DNA of 64,000 nucleotides from an uncultured Candidatus Saccharibacteria bacterium (GTDB lineage Bacteria; Patescibacteriota; Minisyncoccia; Phycocordibacterales; UBA918). Within the stretch, counting starts at the first letter, position 1. The number at the start of each line of letters is the position of its first letter. The stretch lies in the NCBI GenBank assembly GCA_964353135.1, contig CAYGTV010000002.1:1125-65124 (forward strand). Direction: 5' to 3'. The translations under genes and the position numbers were made by a program. Below the pieces are notes generated by a model. That model had not been told where the DNA came from. It made no database searches and saw only the letters and a list, made by a program, of their open reading frames with translations. Positions 50,622 to 60,645 of the stretch are shown here, one piece after another.

Positions 50622-51980
50622 ATGACCAAGCCCTTACAACAATTTTTCAAACAGCTGCTCGACCTACGCGAAGGTGCGGAGGACAAGCACACGATTATTG
50701 AAAACATCAAAGATGACTCTGACTTTAGTAGTGCTCGGTTTTGGGTATTAGTGTTTGCGATCGGTGCTTGTTCAGTCGGTCTCAACATCAACTCAATCCC
50801 GGTGATTATTGGTGCCATGCTTATCTCCCCACTGATGGGACCGATTGTGTCTATGGGGATGTCACTAGCAATCTATGACTGGGGCCTGATGCGCCGTTCA
50901 TTTAAAAACCTGCTACTCCTGACAGCGATCAGTATCATTATTTCAGCGATCTATTTTGCTTTGTCGCCAATTAGTAATGCACAATCAGAACTACTCGCTC
51001 GGACTTCTCCTACTATCTTTGACGTACTGATTGCAATCTTTGGAGGGCTGGCTGGATTTATCGGTTTGAGTCGTGCCAAATCAGGCAATATTGTCCCTGG
51101 GGTTGCAATCGCAACCGCGATCATGCCCCCTTTATGTACCGTTGGGTATGGTCTGGCAACTTTTCAGTGGCAATTTGTCTACGGAGCATTTTATCTATTC
51201 CTGATTAACTGCATCTTTATCTGTCTGTCTGCCTTGGTAGTTGCCCGGTACCTCAAACTACCAAAGCGCGAATACCCAGACGCAGCACACAAACGCAAAG
51301 TTAATCGGTTTATCACAGCAATAATCATTATTATCACCAGTCCAGCCATTTACCTGGCATTTACTTTTGTCGAGCAAAACAACTTTAACCAAAATGCTGA
51401 GCAATACATTACTCGGGTATTCGAGGATGAGGGATATGTGATCATTCACCGTGATATCGCATACAGTCGAACCGACAGCGCGATCGAAGTAGCCTTCCTC
51501 GCCCAGCGATTCACCCCGGAGCAAATCAATGCCTTTGCTGCCAGACTGCCTGACTTTGGTCTATTCAACACAACGCTATATGTCCGACAAAATGCGTTTG
51601 CACTCAGTGAAGAAGAGTGGACGGCTGCTTTGTCAGAAATCAGGAATGACGATGAGAAAGTAAGCGCTCTTGAGGCCAGACTTGAATCAGAACAGGCTTC
51701 TTTTGTGAGTCCGGTTCGTATACTTAGCGAGGCCCAAGCAATCAACCCACTGGTACAAAACATCGCAATTGGAGACATTACGTACGGAGCTGACCTAACA
51801 GATGCAACCAGTCAGACCATCGTACTGCTCTATACCGATGCTACACAGTCAGCATTAACGTTTTCTGAGGCTGACGGTTTTAAGCTATGGCTGCAGTCAC
51901 GCTTGGAGACAAACGAGCTATTGCTAATAGTGAGCCCACAGCCGGAAATCCCAAGTGAAATTAGCCAAGACTCAGAATAA
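50622..51980 (+). CDS. DUF389 membrane protein
   Basis: IIGAMLISPLMGP, ELLARTSP, PGVAIATA.MPP. Confidence 0.9.
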   Translation: MTKPLQQFFKQLLDLREGAEDKHTIIENIKDDSDFSSARFWVLVFAIGACSVGLNINSIPVIIGAMLISPLMGPIVSMGMSLAIYDWGLMRRSFKNLLLLTAISIIISAIYFALSPISNAQSELLARTSPTIFDVLIAIFGGLAGFIGLSRAKSGNIVPGVAIATAIMPPLCTVGYGLATFQWQFVYGAFYLFLINCIFICLSALVVARYLKLPKREYPDAAHKRKVNRFITAIIIIITSPAIYLAFTFVEQNNFNQNAEQYITRVFEDEGYVIIHRDIAYSRTDSAIEVAFLAQRFTPEQINAFAARLPDFGLFNTTLYVRQNAFALSEEEWTAALSEIRNDDEKVSALEARLESEQASFVSPVRILSEAQAINPLVQNIAIGDITYGADLTDATSQTIVLLYTDATQSALTFSEADGFKLWLQSRLETNELLLIVSPQPEIPSEISQDSE

Positions 51981-52025
51981 CCTTTCACCATAGACAGCGC
52001 CTGCAAAAATCGCTAGACTGCTGGT

Positions 52026-52640
52026 ATGAAAATCACTAAATCTGAAATCGTTTCTTTTGTAGCTGGACTGGTAGTGAGTATTATTATTGGCTCACTGATG
52101 AATTACGTCGAGCATCAAAGCCACAATGACCACCACGACAATCACCCGATTGCTAATCCTTATGATAGCGAGTACCACGTACACGCAGACTTTCACATTG
52201 TGATCCGTGACACACTAGTTAATCTCGATGCCGACCGATTCCAAACTACTAGTGGACAGTCATTGCACCCAGACGCTCATCTACACGATAACAACGGTGA
52301 CGTTAAACACATTCACGCCGAAGGTGTAACATTTGCTGCGTTCCTCGATTCACTTGAAATTACTCTGACTGACAGCTGTATCACCCTCGATAACGAGTAC
52401 TGCTCGGGTGAAGAGGAAGAAGTGCTCTTGTTTGTAAATAACGAACTGTACACTTCCCCACTAACCCAATATGTACCAGTTGATGATGATCGTATCCTCC
52501 TCTACTATGGGAGGTACGATATGGAAGTCATCCAGCCATACCTCGATGCTGTCCCAAATGACGCCTGCTACTACAGTGGCACCTGCCCCGAGCGCGGTGT
52601 TGCTCCAGATGAAGAATGTGGTTTGACGTGTGAGTTGTAG
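52026..52640 (+). CDS. His-rich membrane-anchored hypothetical protein
   Basis: HVHADF, HLHD..G..H.H, Cys-rich tail; possible metal binding. Confidence 0.7.
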   Translation: MKITKSEIVSFVAGLVVSIIIGSLMNYVEHQSHNDHHDNHPIANPYDSEYHVHADFHIVIRDTLVNLDADRFQTTSGQSLHPDAHLHDNNGDVKHIHAEGVTFAAFLDSLEITLTDSCITLDNEYCSGEEEEVLLFVNNELYTSPLTQYVPVDDDRILLYYGRYDMEVIQPYLDAVPNDACYYSGTCPERGVAPDEECGLTCEL

Positions 52641-52716
52641 TTGACCATAGATAGTATGAGTAGACGTGAAAAAGCCCCGCTGTGAAAGCGGGGCTTTTGG
52701 TAGATCAGCAGTCAAT

Positions 52717-53202
52717 TTAGAATCGACGGCCAAAGTAGTTATTGTCGATGATGGTTATGTCACCAACAATGAAGAACCAAGGACGGTTTGGATTTGATGG
52801 ATAATACATATCAACCAACCAAACTCGTTGATCATTCTCGCTCAAAGTACGATCAACAACGACTGGTACAGTTCCACGCGGTGGACGTGTTGCTGTACAA
52901 CCGCTCGGCAACTCATTTGCATCTGCGGTTGTAACTGCATCCAAAATTTGTGCACGAGTCAATGATGCCCGCGCTTGCGCACGATCCTTTTCAGAAGTAC
53001 AGTTCACCATAAATGGTGCCGCACGCATCGCGTTCCGGCGCAGCTCTTGCACAGTCGCCGGTTGAACCGATCCAATAGTTTCCAGGGTCGGCGTACCTGC
53101 TGCTACAGCAGCTTGGCGGCCGTCAGAACCAGAGTAGAGTGTTACATCACACCCAGAGAGCGCGAATATCACACACACAGAAATAATTCTTACAAAGGAC
53201 AT
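52717..53202 (-). CDS. hypothetical lipoprotein
   Basis: LSGC lipobox after MSFVRII; GGAGG SD. Confidence 0.6.
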   Translation of the reverse strand: MSFVRIISVCVIFALSGCDVTLYSGSDGRQAAVAAGTPTLETIGSVQPATVQELRRNAMRAAPFMVNCTSEKDRAQARASLTRAQILDAVTTADANELPSGCTATRPPRGTVPVVVDRTLSENDQRVWLVDMYYPSNPNRPWFFIVGDITIIDNNYFGRRF

Positions 53203-53290
53203 CTTGCCCTCCTTTAGACAAGTGATTAACGGCCACATGGCCGATTGCATATACAATAGCACAAAAAGTACTATTTGTCTATAGGCACAC

Positions 53291-53776
53291 CTACCTAATA
53301 TATTTGTGCTCTTTTAGGTAATCAGTCGTTAGAACAGGCACATCATGTAGATTTTTTTGCTTTATGACTTTGAAAGTCCCCAGTATATGGTCTCCTTTTA
53401 CATCATGAAGGTCTGTCAACTCTAATTCAACAAACCCAGCGACATCAGTAAAATAGTACAAATCATTATGCTGCTCCAAATCAAATCGTTTTTGTAAGCG
53501 CGTAATTTTATCGATCTTATTTCCTGAATTATGTCCGCAGACTCGCACTACTGGAGCAAGTGATTCTGACAACAGCTGAAGCAGGACGCGTTTACTGTGC
53601 TCTACATTTTCCAGTGTCTTGGTGTTTTTGTACAACGCAATCGACATTAACTTAGGTTCAAGCGAAACAGCTTGTACATAGGTCGCAATATTCATATTTC
53701 CCTGCCCTGTCCTATCTATCGTACTTACACTCCACACTGGCCAGGCTGGTCGGTTCCAAATCTTTCGCATATACAA
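53291..53776 (-). CDS. flavin reductase-like protein
   Basis: NMN.AT, VS..P, TLEN, G..SG...DK, GDH. Confidence 0.8.
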   Translation of the reverse strand: MYMRKIWNRPAWPVWSVSTIDRTGQGNMNIATYVQAVSLEPKLMSIALYKNTKTLENVEHSKRVLLQLLSESLAPVVRVCGHNSGNKIDKITRLQKRFDLEQHNDLYYFTDVAGFVELELTDLHDVKGDHILGTFKVIKQKNLHDVPVLTTDYLKEHKYIR

Positions 53777-54691
53777 TTACAGTTGTGACTGGATATGATC
53801 TTTGTATGACCGAATGACTCTAAACTGGTCCATGAAATCAACCTTGTCAGCAGCGACAGTCCCCTGCCGCACTGGTTCATCTAATACATACCAAGCAAAA
53901 CTCTCTGCAAAATCTTCGGATGGATCTGTTGCCGCGTAATCGCTCACAAACTCAGATTCATACCGCTCATAAAATTCAAGTAACTCCCGCTCAGGGTTCC
54001 GACTATTTCTTGCATCTGTTAGATCAGCCAATAATTGGTTATCCCAAAAGTCAGTCACAAACTCATCTAGGTACGACCCAGGGGCGAAACAAGTCATGTC
54101 GGCATACAACGCGGGACAATTAGTAGTCGGCGTTCTACTACTCACCAGCTGATCAAGGGAAAATATATGTGCGAATTCATGCACCATCAATTCTACTGAT
54201 GATTCAGAATTAGGTGCAAAATTAATTTCTTCAGCGCTGACACCATACATCCAGGTTGTATTGCGACCATCTGATGACACTGCTACATAAGCAGCGATAT
54301 CGTCCGGATGGTTGGTAAACACGACAAACTGATCTATGTAATCTCGATACTGAGGCGGTAGTACCAGGCGCAGCTTATCTGCATACTGCTGATGTCGAGT
54401 AGAGGCAGTTGGTGGCAGTTGCAGTTCTGATCGCACCTCGTAGTTAGCAACTATAGTTCCAGGAAAATCCTTAAGAAGATCATCGTCAGACATCATACTA
54501 GCCTGCTGCGCTTGTAACTGAGCCTGCAGCAGCACGATTTGCTGCTGTAGTAATGAAACCAATTCGATCAAAGCAGCTCGATCAACCGTTTGCGCCTGGG
54601 TAAACTGCGGTCCAAACACAAATGGCATCAGGCAAGCAATGGTTATTAACTTACAATAAGGAATACGTGTTTGCATAGTTGCACCTATCAT
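53777..54691 (-). CDS. secreted zinc metallopeptidase-like protein
   Basis: HEFAH, FVSDYAAT.P.EDFAESF. Confidence 0.8.
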   Translation of the reverse strand: MIGATMQTRIPYCKLITIACLMPFVFGPQFTQAQTVDRAALIELVSLLQQQIVLLQAQLQAQQASMMSDDDLLKDFPGTIVANYEVRSELQLPPTASTRHQQYADKLRLVLPPQYRDYIDQFVVFTNHPDDIAAYVAVSSDGRNTTWMYGVSAEEINFAPNSESSVELMVHEFAHIFSLDQLVSSRTPTTNCPALYADMTCFAPGSYLDEFVTDFWDNQLLADLTDARNSRNPERELLEFYERYESEFVSDYAATDPSEDFAESFAWYVLDEPVRQGTVAADKVDFMDQFRVIRSYKDHIQSQL

Positions 54692-54715
54692 ACAGGGATA
54701 TAGAATGGAGGGGAA

Positions 54716-54961
54716 ATGAAACGTGAATTAACAGACATTGATATCGAACAAATCATTTTGATGGCTTGGGGCGATACCATCCCGTTTGAAACCATCAAAC
54801 TTGAGTACGGTCTGACAGAAAATGAAGTTCATAAACTAATGCGAGCTCATCAGACTGAAAAGACATACATCAGATGGTGCAAACGAATCAAGCAGCGTAG
54901 TGGCACTAGCAGTAAACATGCCAAACTATCGGCAAAGACTTCTACTAGGCAGAAGTATTAA
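54716..54961 (+). CDS. TIGR03643/DUF2805 family protein
   Basis: II.MAW.D..PFE.I...YGL.E.EV..LMR. Confidence 0.85.
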   Translation: MKRELTDIDIEQIILMAWGDTIPFETIKLEYGLTENEVHKLMRAHQTEKTYIRWCKRIKQRSGTSSKHAKLSAKTSTRQKY

Positions 54962-55091
54962 ATAAGTAACTATTTGTGGCCACGAATCGCTAACTATAAT
55001 TTATGCTTCGCAAAAAATCTACTACGCGTTCCCGACCCAGACTCAACTGTTTCTCATTCTAGGAAATGAATTAGAAACGTGTCTCCGTCTG

Positions 55092-55175
55092 ACACAAAGG
55101 CACGAACGCAAAACTATTTGCGTTCTAACAATAAACACTAACCGTAGGGTTAGTGTTTATTGTTACCTTTGTGTC
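55092..55175. terminator. nested hairpin downstream of tRNA-Leu
   Basis: aacaataaacactaacc/ggttagtgtttattgtt 17-bp stem inside a gacacaaagg/cctttgtgtc outer stem. Confidence 0.6.
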
Positions 55176-55255
55176 CACGACTGGAGTTGAACCAGCACGG
55201 GAATACTCCCACTACCCCCTCAAGGTAGCGCGTCTACCAATTCCGCCACGTGGAC
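55172..55255 (-). tRNA. tRNA-Leu (GAG)
   Basis: gtccacg/cgtggac acceptor, ggaattggtagac D arm, ctacc-ttGAGgg-ggtag, long variable arm, ggttcaactcc. Confidence 0.95.
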
Positions 55256-55316
55256 ATATGCGTTTCCGTCAAATTGGAGTGCGACTAGTATGCCTGATTG
55301 GCGAGGGTAATTCAAG

Positions 55317-56153
55317 TTAGCCGTCAGACCACTTTTTCGGGTCACCGATGAAATCACGAATCTCACAATGAATGTCTGGATGTGACGCAAAAATAGTTTT
55401 TCCGTGTTCAGCACACAACTCTCTTAATGACTGTTCCCATACCTGCCATTTTCCATCTTTAAAAACACTAATCATTCCACCTGCAGCTTTGACCAGATAT
55501 AGCCCAGCGGCGTAATCATATGAGTTGAGTCCGTAGGTTAAAAAACCATCTATCCGTCCGGCAGACAAATATGCCAACTCAAGCGCAGTACAGTTATACG
55601 ACATACACCGACCAAATTTGAGGCCAACGTTCTTTTGAATGTTAAACGCTGCTGATTGCATCCATAATTCTTTTCGCCCTCGACCTAACGTGATTACAAT
55701 TTTTCCTCCTAGTGGCTCGGCAGTTAGGTTCGTTACTCGCTCATTTTCATAGGCACCGTCTTCCATTAGTGAAGCAAACAACTGTTGGGTAAGTGGATTA
55801 TATACAATCCCAAACGAATCCTCTGCATCAGGACCAAGACGAGCTACCGAAATCGCGCAAAACGGAATCTTTCTCAGGAAATTATCCGTTCCATCAATTG
55901 GATCAATATGCCAGACAAATCCACTCGCTCCCTCCTTCCCCTCTTCCTCCTCTCCTACAATTGCATCATCTGGAAATTCTCGATCAATCCATTCACGTAG
56001 CCGACGCTCAATCGCTTTATCTACCTCTGTCACAACTGAACCATCAGCCTTTTGATCATTTTTAATACTCTCAGACACAAAATAATCATGGGCAACAGCC
56101 CCAGCTGATTTAATTTCTTCTATTAAAGCGTGGAATTGTGGTTCGATATTCAT
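55317..56153 (-). CDS. inositol monophosphatase family protein
   Basis: VTEVD..E, GEE, WHIDPIDGT.NF, YDYAAG. Confidence 0.92.
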   Translation of the reverse strand: MNIEPQFHALIEEIKSAGAVAHDYFVSESIKNDQKADGSVVTEVDKAIERRLREWIDREFPDDAIVGEEEEGKEGASGFVWHIDPIDGTDNFLRKIPFCAISVARLGPDAEDSFGIVYNPLTQQLFASLMEDGAYENERVTNLTAEPLGGKIVITLGRGRKELWMQSAAFNIQKNVGLKFGRCMSYNCTALELAYLSAGRIDGFLTYGLNSYDYAAGLYLVKAAGGMISVFKDGKWQVWEQSLRELCAEHGKTIFASHPDIHCEIRDFIGDPKKWSDG

Positions 56154-56220
56154 ACTGAATCAGAATAACACAAAAGACCGGCGCCACTGGCGCCGGTCTT
56201 TTGTGACTTATTATTCGTAC

Positions 56221-56862
56221 TTAGTCTTTTTTCTCTTCTTCAACCTCCTCTGTTTTTTCTTCTTCCGCTGGAGTTTCCTCGACAGCTTCTACTGGAGCTT
56301 CTTCAGTTTCTGCTGTTTCTGGAGCCGCTTCTTCTGCTGGAGTTTCTTCAGCTTGTGCTGCTTCAACTGCCTTTGCCTCTTCTTCAGCTTTCAAAGCTGC
56401 TTCGGCTTCAGCTGCTTTGGCAGCTTCTTCTTCTGCAACTTTTGCTTCAGCTGCTACTCGGGCTTCAGCTTCGATTCCTGACTCTGTAGCGATAGTTGCA
56501 AGTGTCATTCGCCGCATCTGTCGTTTGATTTCACGCGCTACCTTTTCACGGATAAAGTATAGTTTGGCTCGTCGTACCTTTGATCGTTTAACGATTTCTA
56601 GCTTGTCGATCATTGGTGAGTATAGTGGGTAAATCTTTTCTACTCCGACTCCACTGGCTACTTTACGAACCGTAAATGTTGCTCCTGGTTCAGTACCATG
56701 TTTTCGGGCTAGTACGAGTCCTTCGAAAATCTGGATTCGAGTCTTACCTTTATCTTGAATTTTTTGGTGAACACGGATAGTATCTCCAGCTTTGATGCCG
56801 AGTTCTTTGCGTTCTTCCATGTTTACCGGCGAAATATTTACGCCTGCGATTGCTGCTTTCAT
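56221..56862 (-). CDS. rplS: 50S ribosomal protein L19 with long Ala/Glu-rich C-tail
   Basis: GDTIRVH, RIQIFEG, TFTVRK..GVGVEK, KVRRAKLY. Confidence 0.96.
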   Translation of the reverse strand: MKAAIAGVNISPVNMEERKELGIKAGDTIRVHQKIQDKGKTRIQIFEGLVLARKHGTEPGATFTVRKVASGVGVEKIYPLYSPMIDKLEIVKRSKVRRAKLYFIREKVAREIKRQMRRMTLATIATESGIEAEARVAAEAKVAEEEAAKAAEAEAALKAEEEAKAVEAAQAEETPAEEAAPETAETEEAPVEAVEETPAEEEKTEEVEEEKKD

Positions 56863-56936
56863 ACCAAATTTTTTGTATGTCTATTAATAATTACCAAGGT
56901 TTACCCCTTTGAATGTGCCGTAATCTACCACAAAGC

Positions 56937-57686
56937 CTACCCTTCCGCAATACGTTCAGCCGCTTCTTCGAGCACCAGTGGCATTGGAGCAATAAACCGT
57001 TCGGTTTCGCCTCCTGGTAGTGTCAACTCTAGAATATGCGCATGCAAGGCCATCCGGTCTAGTTCTAGGTGATTTGACCGCTCTTTGAGGTGTTCTGCAT
57101 ACAATCCATCAGCCACAATCGGTCGATCGATGGCTCGCAAATGGGCTCGCAGTTGGTGTGTCCGACCAGTTTTAGGGAACAATTTCACATACGAAAAAGA
57201 CTCATCTTTGTATTCACCCATCCCGATTCGCTCAAATTCTGTAATGGCCTCACGCAACTGCCCTTTTGCACCACGTTCTGCTGATCGCCGTCGGTGGTCT
57301 TTTGCACTGCGACCGATCGGTCGGTTGATGGTTCCCCAGCGGTCGTTAATCCGTCCGTATACCAATGCCCGATACTCCTTATGTACTAACCGTTCCTGGA
57401 ATTGATATTTCAGATGTGCGTACGCACTTTGGGTTTTAGCCAAAATCATCACCCCGGATGTATCGCGGTCGAGTCGATGCACCACTCCTGATCGCTCAAG
57501 CTCGTTCCCATCGCGGTCAGTGGCTGGTTCCCCCACCCCTTTGGCATCTGGGTACTGCTCTAAAAACCAGTCAACCACAGTTAGCTCGTCTGACTTCCCA
57601 TCTGCGTGCACCAAAAGGCCGTATGGCTTATTAATCACCACGACTTGTTCGTTTTCAAAAAGAATGGATGGGGTTGCAGGGTTCAT
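56937..57686 (-). CDS. RluA/RluD-family pseudouridine synthase
   Basis: NKP.G..VH, HRLDRDTSG, TGRTHQLR.H. Confidence 0.93.
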   Translation of the reverse strand: MNPATPSILFENEQVVVINKPYGLLVHADGKSDELTVVDWFLEQYPDAKGVGEPATDRDGNELERSGVVHRLDRDTSGVMILAKTQSAYAHLKYQFQERLVHKEYRALVYGRINDRWGTINRPIGRSAKDHRRRSAERGAKGQLREAITEFERIGMGEYKDESFSYVKLFPKTGRTHQLRAHLRAIDRPIVADGLYAEHLKERSNHLELDRMALHAHILELTLPGGETERFIAPMPLVLEEAAERIAEG

Positions 57687-57690
57687 GTTG

Positions 57691-58395
57691 TTACGCTCCT
57701 TTGCGTCTATGTCTTCTTTTATATTCCTGGAGTATGTCCTCAAAATCAGCTGTAGTCAATGCTGGCCAGTGTTTGTCGATAAAATAAAATTCACTGTACA
57801 CTGATTTCCAAGTCATAAAATTTGATAAACGCTGCTCCCCACTGGTACGGATGATCATATCCGGATCAGGCATATCAGCGGTCCAAAGCAGCTGTTCAAA
57901 CGAGGCTTCATCAACTGGTTCACCTTTTGCAACAGCTTGATTAACCGCCTCGATGATTTCCGCTCGCCCACCATACGACAGTGCAATCCAGATGGTAGTT
58001 TTGGCCTGATCGTATTCAAGACTCTTGGCTTCAAGTTCATTGATCTGCTCTACAATGTCATTAGCAAAATCATCTCTCCGTCCTATCACGCGAACCTTGA
58101 CGCGTTCATGGTCGTTAATATCATCTGCATGAAGTCGCTCATCAATCTGTCGCAATGACTCCCGAAATAAATCCATCAAGTACGATACCTCGTCCTTGGA
58201 ACGATTCCAGTTTTCGGTTGAAAACGCGTAAAACACAGCGTGGGGAATCTCTGCATCTCGAATCCATTCAATACAATTATGCAGAGTCTCACTACCCTGC
58301 TTGTGACCGTCATACGTTTCTAAACCCTGATCTTGGGCCCAGCGGCGATTGCCATCCATGATGAAGCCGAGGCATTGTGGTTGCGTATCTTCCAT
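57691..58395 (-). CDS. uppS: undecaprenyl diphosphate synthase
   Basis: IMDGNRRWA, AFSTENW.R, YGGR.EI, RTSGEQRLSNF. Confidence 0.96.
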   Translation of the reverse strand: MEDTQPQCLGFIMDGNRRWAQDQGLETYDGHKQGSETLHNCIEWIRDAEIPHAVFYAFSTENWNRSKDEVSYLMDLFRESLRQIDERLHADDINDHERVKVRVIGRRDDFANDIVEQINELEAKSLEYDQAKTTIWIALSYGGRAEIIEAVNQAVAKGEPVDEASFEQLLWTADMPDPDMIIRTSGEQRLSNFMTWKSVYSEFYFIDKHWPALTTADFEDILQEYKRRHRRKGA

Positions 58396-58407
58396 AATTA
58401 TTGCTGC

Positions 58408-58680
58408 CTACTGTAACACGGAAAACTCATCAAAAGTTCCAGTAGCTGTCCCCCAGTCAATCGCCACACTAGCTACTTTCGCCTGTAGTGACCCTTCGTG
58501 CAGATACTCGACAAATTCCTTGAGGATGTCAGGTGGACCTTCGGCGATCACCTTAACTGTGCCATCAGGTAGGTTTCGTACACTACCAACCAGTTCTAGT
58601 TCAGTAGCAGAATCTTGCACAAACACCCGGTACCGCACACCCTGCACTTGCCCACTAACAATCGCTTCCATTTGGATCAT
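58408..58680 (-). CDS. acyP: acylphosphatase
   Basis: VSGQVQGVRYR, G.VRNLPDGTV. Confidence 0.92.
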   Translation of the reverse strand: MIQMEAIVSGQVQGVRYRVFVQDSATELELVGSVRNLPDGTVKVIAEGPPDILKEFVEYLHEGSLQAKVASVAIDWGTATGTFDEFSVLQ

Positions 58681-58990
58681 ACGCAGCAGTATACCTTGCA
58701 TTTTTTTGGAAATCGAATTATAAAGAGATAAGTTCCAACCGCAGTGCAACACGAAAGGATTCTGCACATGATCTTCTCACTGACCAGTCAAACACCCCGC
58801 GCACGCGATCAACTGCCCACCACCGTCAAACGGCCACCGACTGGTCAAAAGTCACCTCGCTCAACAAGATAACGAGCAGTCGGCCGGACCTCACATAACT
58901 GAGGCCGGCCGCTTGTCTTTTTCCAAAAATTAGGTACGATAGTGCCTACAAATATTCGTCACGGCGAATTGTTTGCAACCAACAAAATCC

Positions 58991-59063
58991 GCGCGCTTAG
59001 CTCAGTTGGTAGAGCGCTTCATTTACACTGAAGATGTCGGGAGTTCGAGTCTCTCAGCGCGCA
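58991..59063 (+). tRNA. tRNA-Val (TAC)
   Basis: gcgcgct/agcgcgc acceptor, agctcagttggtagagc D arm, cttca-ttTACac-tgaag, gagttcgagtctc T arm. Confidence 0.95.
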
Positions 59064-59165
59064 CAATTCATTTCAGCTTTATTACGAAAGCTACTATCCG
59101 TTCAAGTCTCTAGGTAAAAAGAAAGCAGCCCTCATAAATTAATACAAGGGCTGCCGCGCCATCTG

Positions 59166-59870
59166 CTAAATGACTGAACCTTTCAAGAACTTGTCGATAC
59201 AACCCTGAATTTGCTTTGCTGGCAAATAGCAGAGAAAATAATTAGGTCGGTATGCTGTCAGTTTGCTGTTTCCGCCGGCAACCATCCCAATCACACGCCC
59301 CTTCTCGTCCCAAAGAGGACTCCCAGAAACACCAGGCCAACTTTGCATCGATAACCCCAAGTGTGTGACTTTCGGCATAACGCCGGTAAGTTGGCACACA
59401 TCTTCAACCTCTTCGAACTGACCGTTGAACCAGCAGAACCTTTGTCCTGTTGTTACTGAGTCATGTTCACTAATAATATGAGTGTCATCATCAGTAAAGC
59501 CGACGCTGTGACAAACATTCCTGCTGTGACGCAATCTTGTGGGTCGAATTGGTTTTTTAACTGAGAATCTGACAGGGTCAATTTTCCGATCTGTATGCAC
59601 CGCCATGAAAGCAAGGTCGAAACCCAGCTGCTTTGGAACAATGTAGTTTGTAGAAGGATCCCCTGGTGGCAACTCAGTTCCATCCGAATAAAGAAACTGA
59701 AAAGCGTATGTTGATCCATTGCCCTCTAATGCATGCGCACAGGTAGCAAAAACAGTTTTCCCATCTTTCGCAGTGGCAACTGGAAACGCAACGTGTCTTC
59801 CAGCGAATTGCGTTATTTCGCCGTTTACAACAGCAAAATTATTTAGAAGAACAAAGTTTGGTGTATTCAT
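59166..59870 (-). CDS. trypsin-like serine protease
   Basis: TCAH, DLA, PGVSGSPL...G.VIGM catalytic-triad motifs. Confidence 0.8.
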   Translation of the reverse strand: MNTPNFVLLNNFAVVNGEITQFAGRHVAFPVATAKDGKTVFATCAHALEGNGSTYAFQFLYSDGTELPPGDPSTNYIVPKQLGFDLAFMAVHTDRKIDPVRFSVKKPIRPTRLRHSRNVCHSVGFTDDDTHIISEHDSVTTGQRFCWFNGQFEEVEDVCQLTGVMPKVTHLGLSMQSWPGVSGSPLWDEKGRVIGMVAGGNSKLTAYRPNYFLCYLPAKQIQGCIDKFLKGSVI

Positions 59871-59949
59871 CTGTCTTACTCCTATTTTCTAGCTGACATT
59901 TTTATATCACTATTTTATTGAATGTCAAACTATACTTTGCTTCAAAACC

Positions 59950-59976
59950 GTTCTAACGTCGTCCCACATGGTGCAC
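59950..59976. repeat. tRNA-Val array junction, copy 1
   Basis: gttctaacgtcgtcccacatggtgcac; minus strand encodes CTMWDDVRTV. Confidence 0.85.
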
Positions 59977-60053
59977 TAGACAAAATATAATATTAGTTGT
60001 ATCATCCTACTAGGTGCGAGGATAAACCTTGCTGAACAACTGAGGAGTACTCA

Positions 60054-60503
60054 ATGGAACAAACTCGACCGGCTGTTGTTTTGGTGAACAGATGTTTCAT
60101 CATCAAACACGACAAAATGCTCGCGGTACAGCGAGCAGCCGTCGACAGCCACAACCCTTCCCTATGGGAAGCACCAGGTGGCAAACTCGATGAAGGCCAA
60201 GACCTTCATGGTGCGCTTGAGCGTGAGGTGATGGAAGAAACTGGGCTGCTCGTTCGCCCCATCGACACTATCGCTCATTTTGAGAGTAAAGTGATTGGTG
60301 GAGGTGGGCGCTATAACGGCATGCCCTATGTATCACTTTTTGGTCTGGCAACTATTATCGGTGGCCAGCTCAAGTTGAGCGATGAGCATGATGATTACAA
60401 GTGGTGCAGTTATGTTAAATTCATGCAGCTCAAGTTGTCTCCAGAAACTCAGAAGGCCGCGATCGTTCTTGAAGCTCGCTTGAAACAGAACGGTGTCAAG
60501 TAA
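60054..60503 (+). CDS. NUDIX hydrolase (MutT-like)
   Basis: WEAPGGKLD.G......REVMEETG, LSDEH. Confidence 0.9.
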   Translation: MEQTRPAVVLVNRCFIIKHDKMLAVQRAAVDSHNPSLWEAPGGKLDEGQDLHGALEREVMEETGLLVRPIDTIAHFESKVIGGGGRYNGMPYVSLFGLATIIGGQLKLSDEHDDYKWCSYVKFMQLKLSPETQKAAIVLEARLKQNGVK

Positions 60504-60571
60504 TCGCCCCAATACCATGCAAAGAGGAATATATCCCTCACGCAGGTGTTGGGGTATTTTCATGTATAAAA

Positions 60572-60598
60572 GTTCTAACGTCGTCCCACATGGTGCAC
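60572..60598. repeat. tRNA-Val array junction, copy 2
   Basis: Identical 27-mer; minus strand encodes WCTMWDDVRTFIHE. Confidence 0.85.
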
Positions 60599-60645
60599 CA
60601 GCATTAGACAAGCCAGCACCTGCCGGTTTTTCTTGTGCTTGATGA

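Noticed and set aside
56221-56480. Low-complexity repeat or plus-strand Phe-rich ORF
   Set aside because: It is the Ala/Glu-rich tail of L19; the opposite-strand ORF is a shadow.
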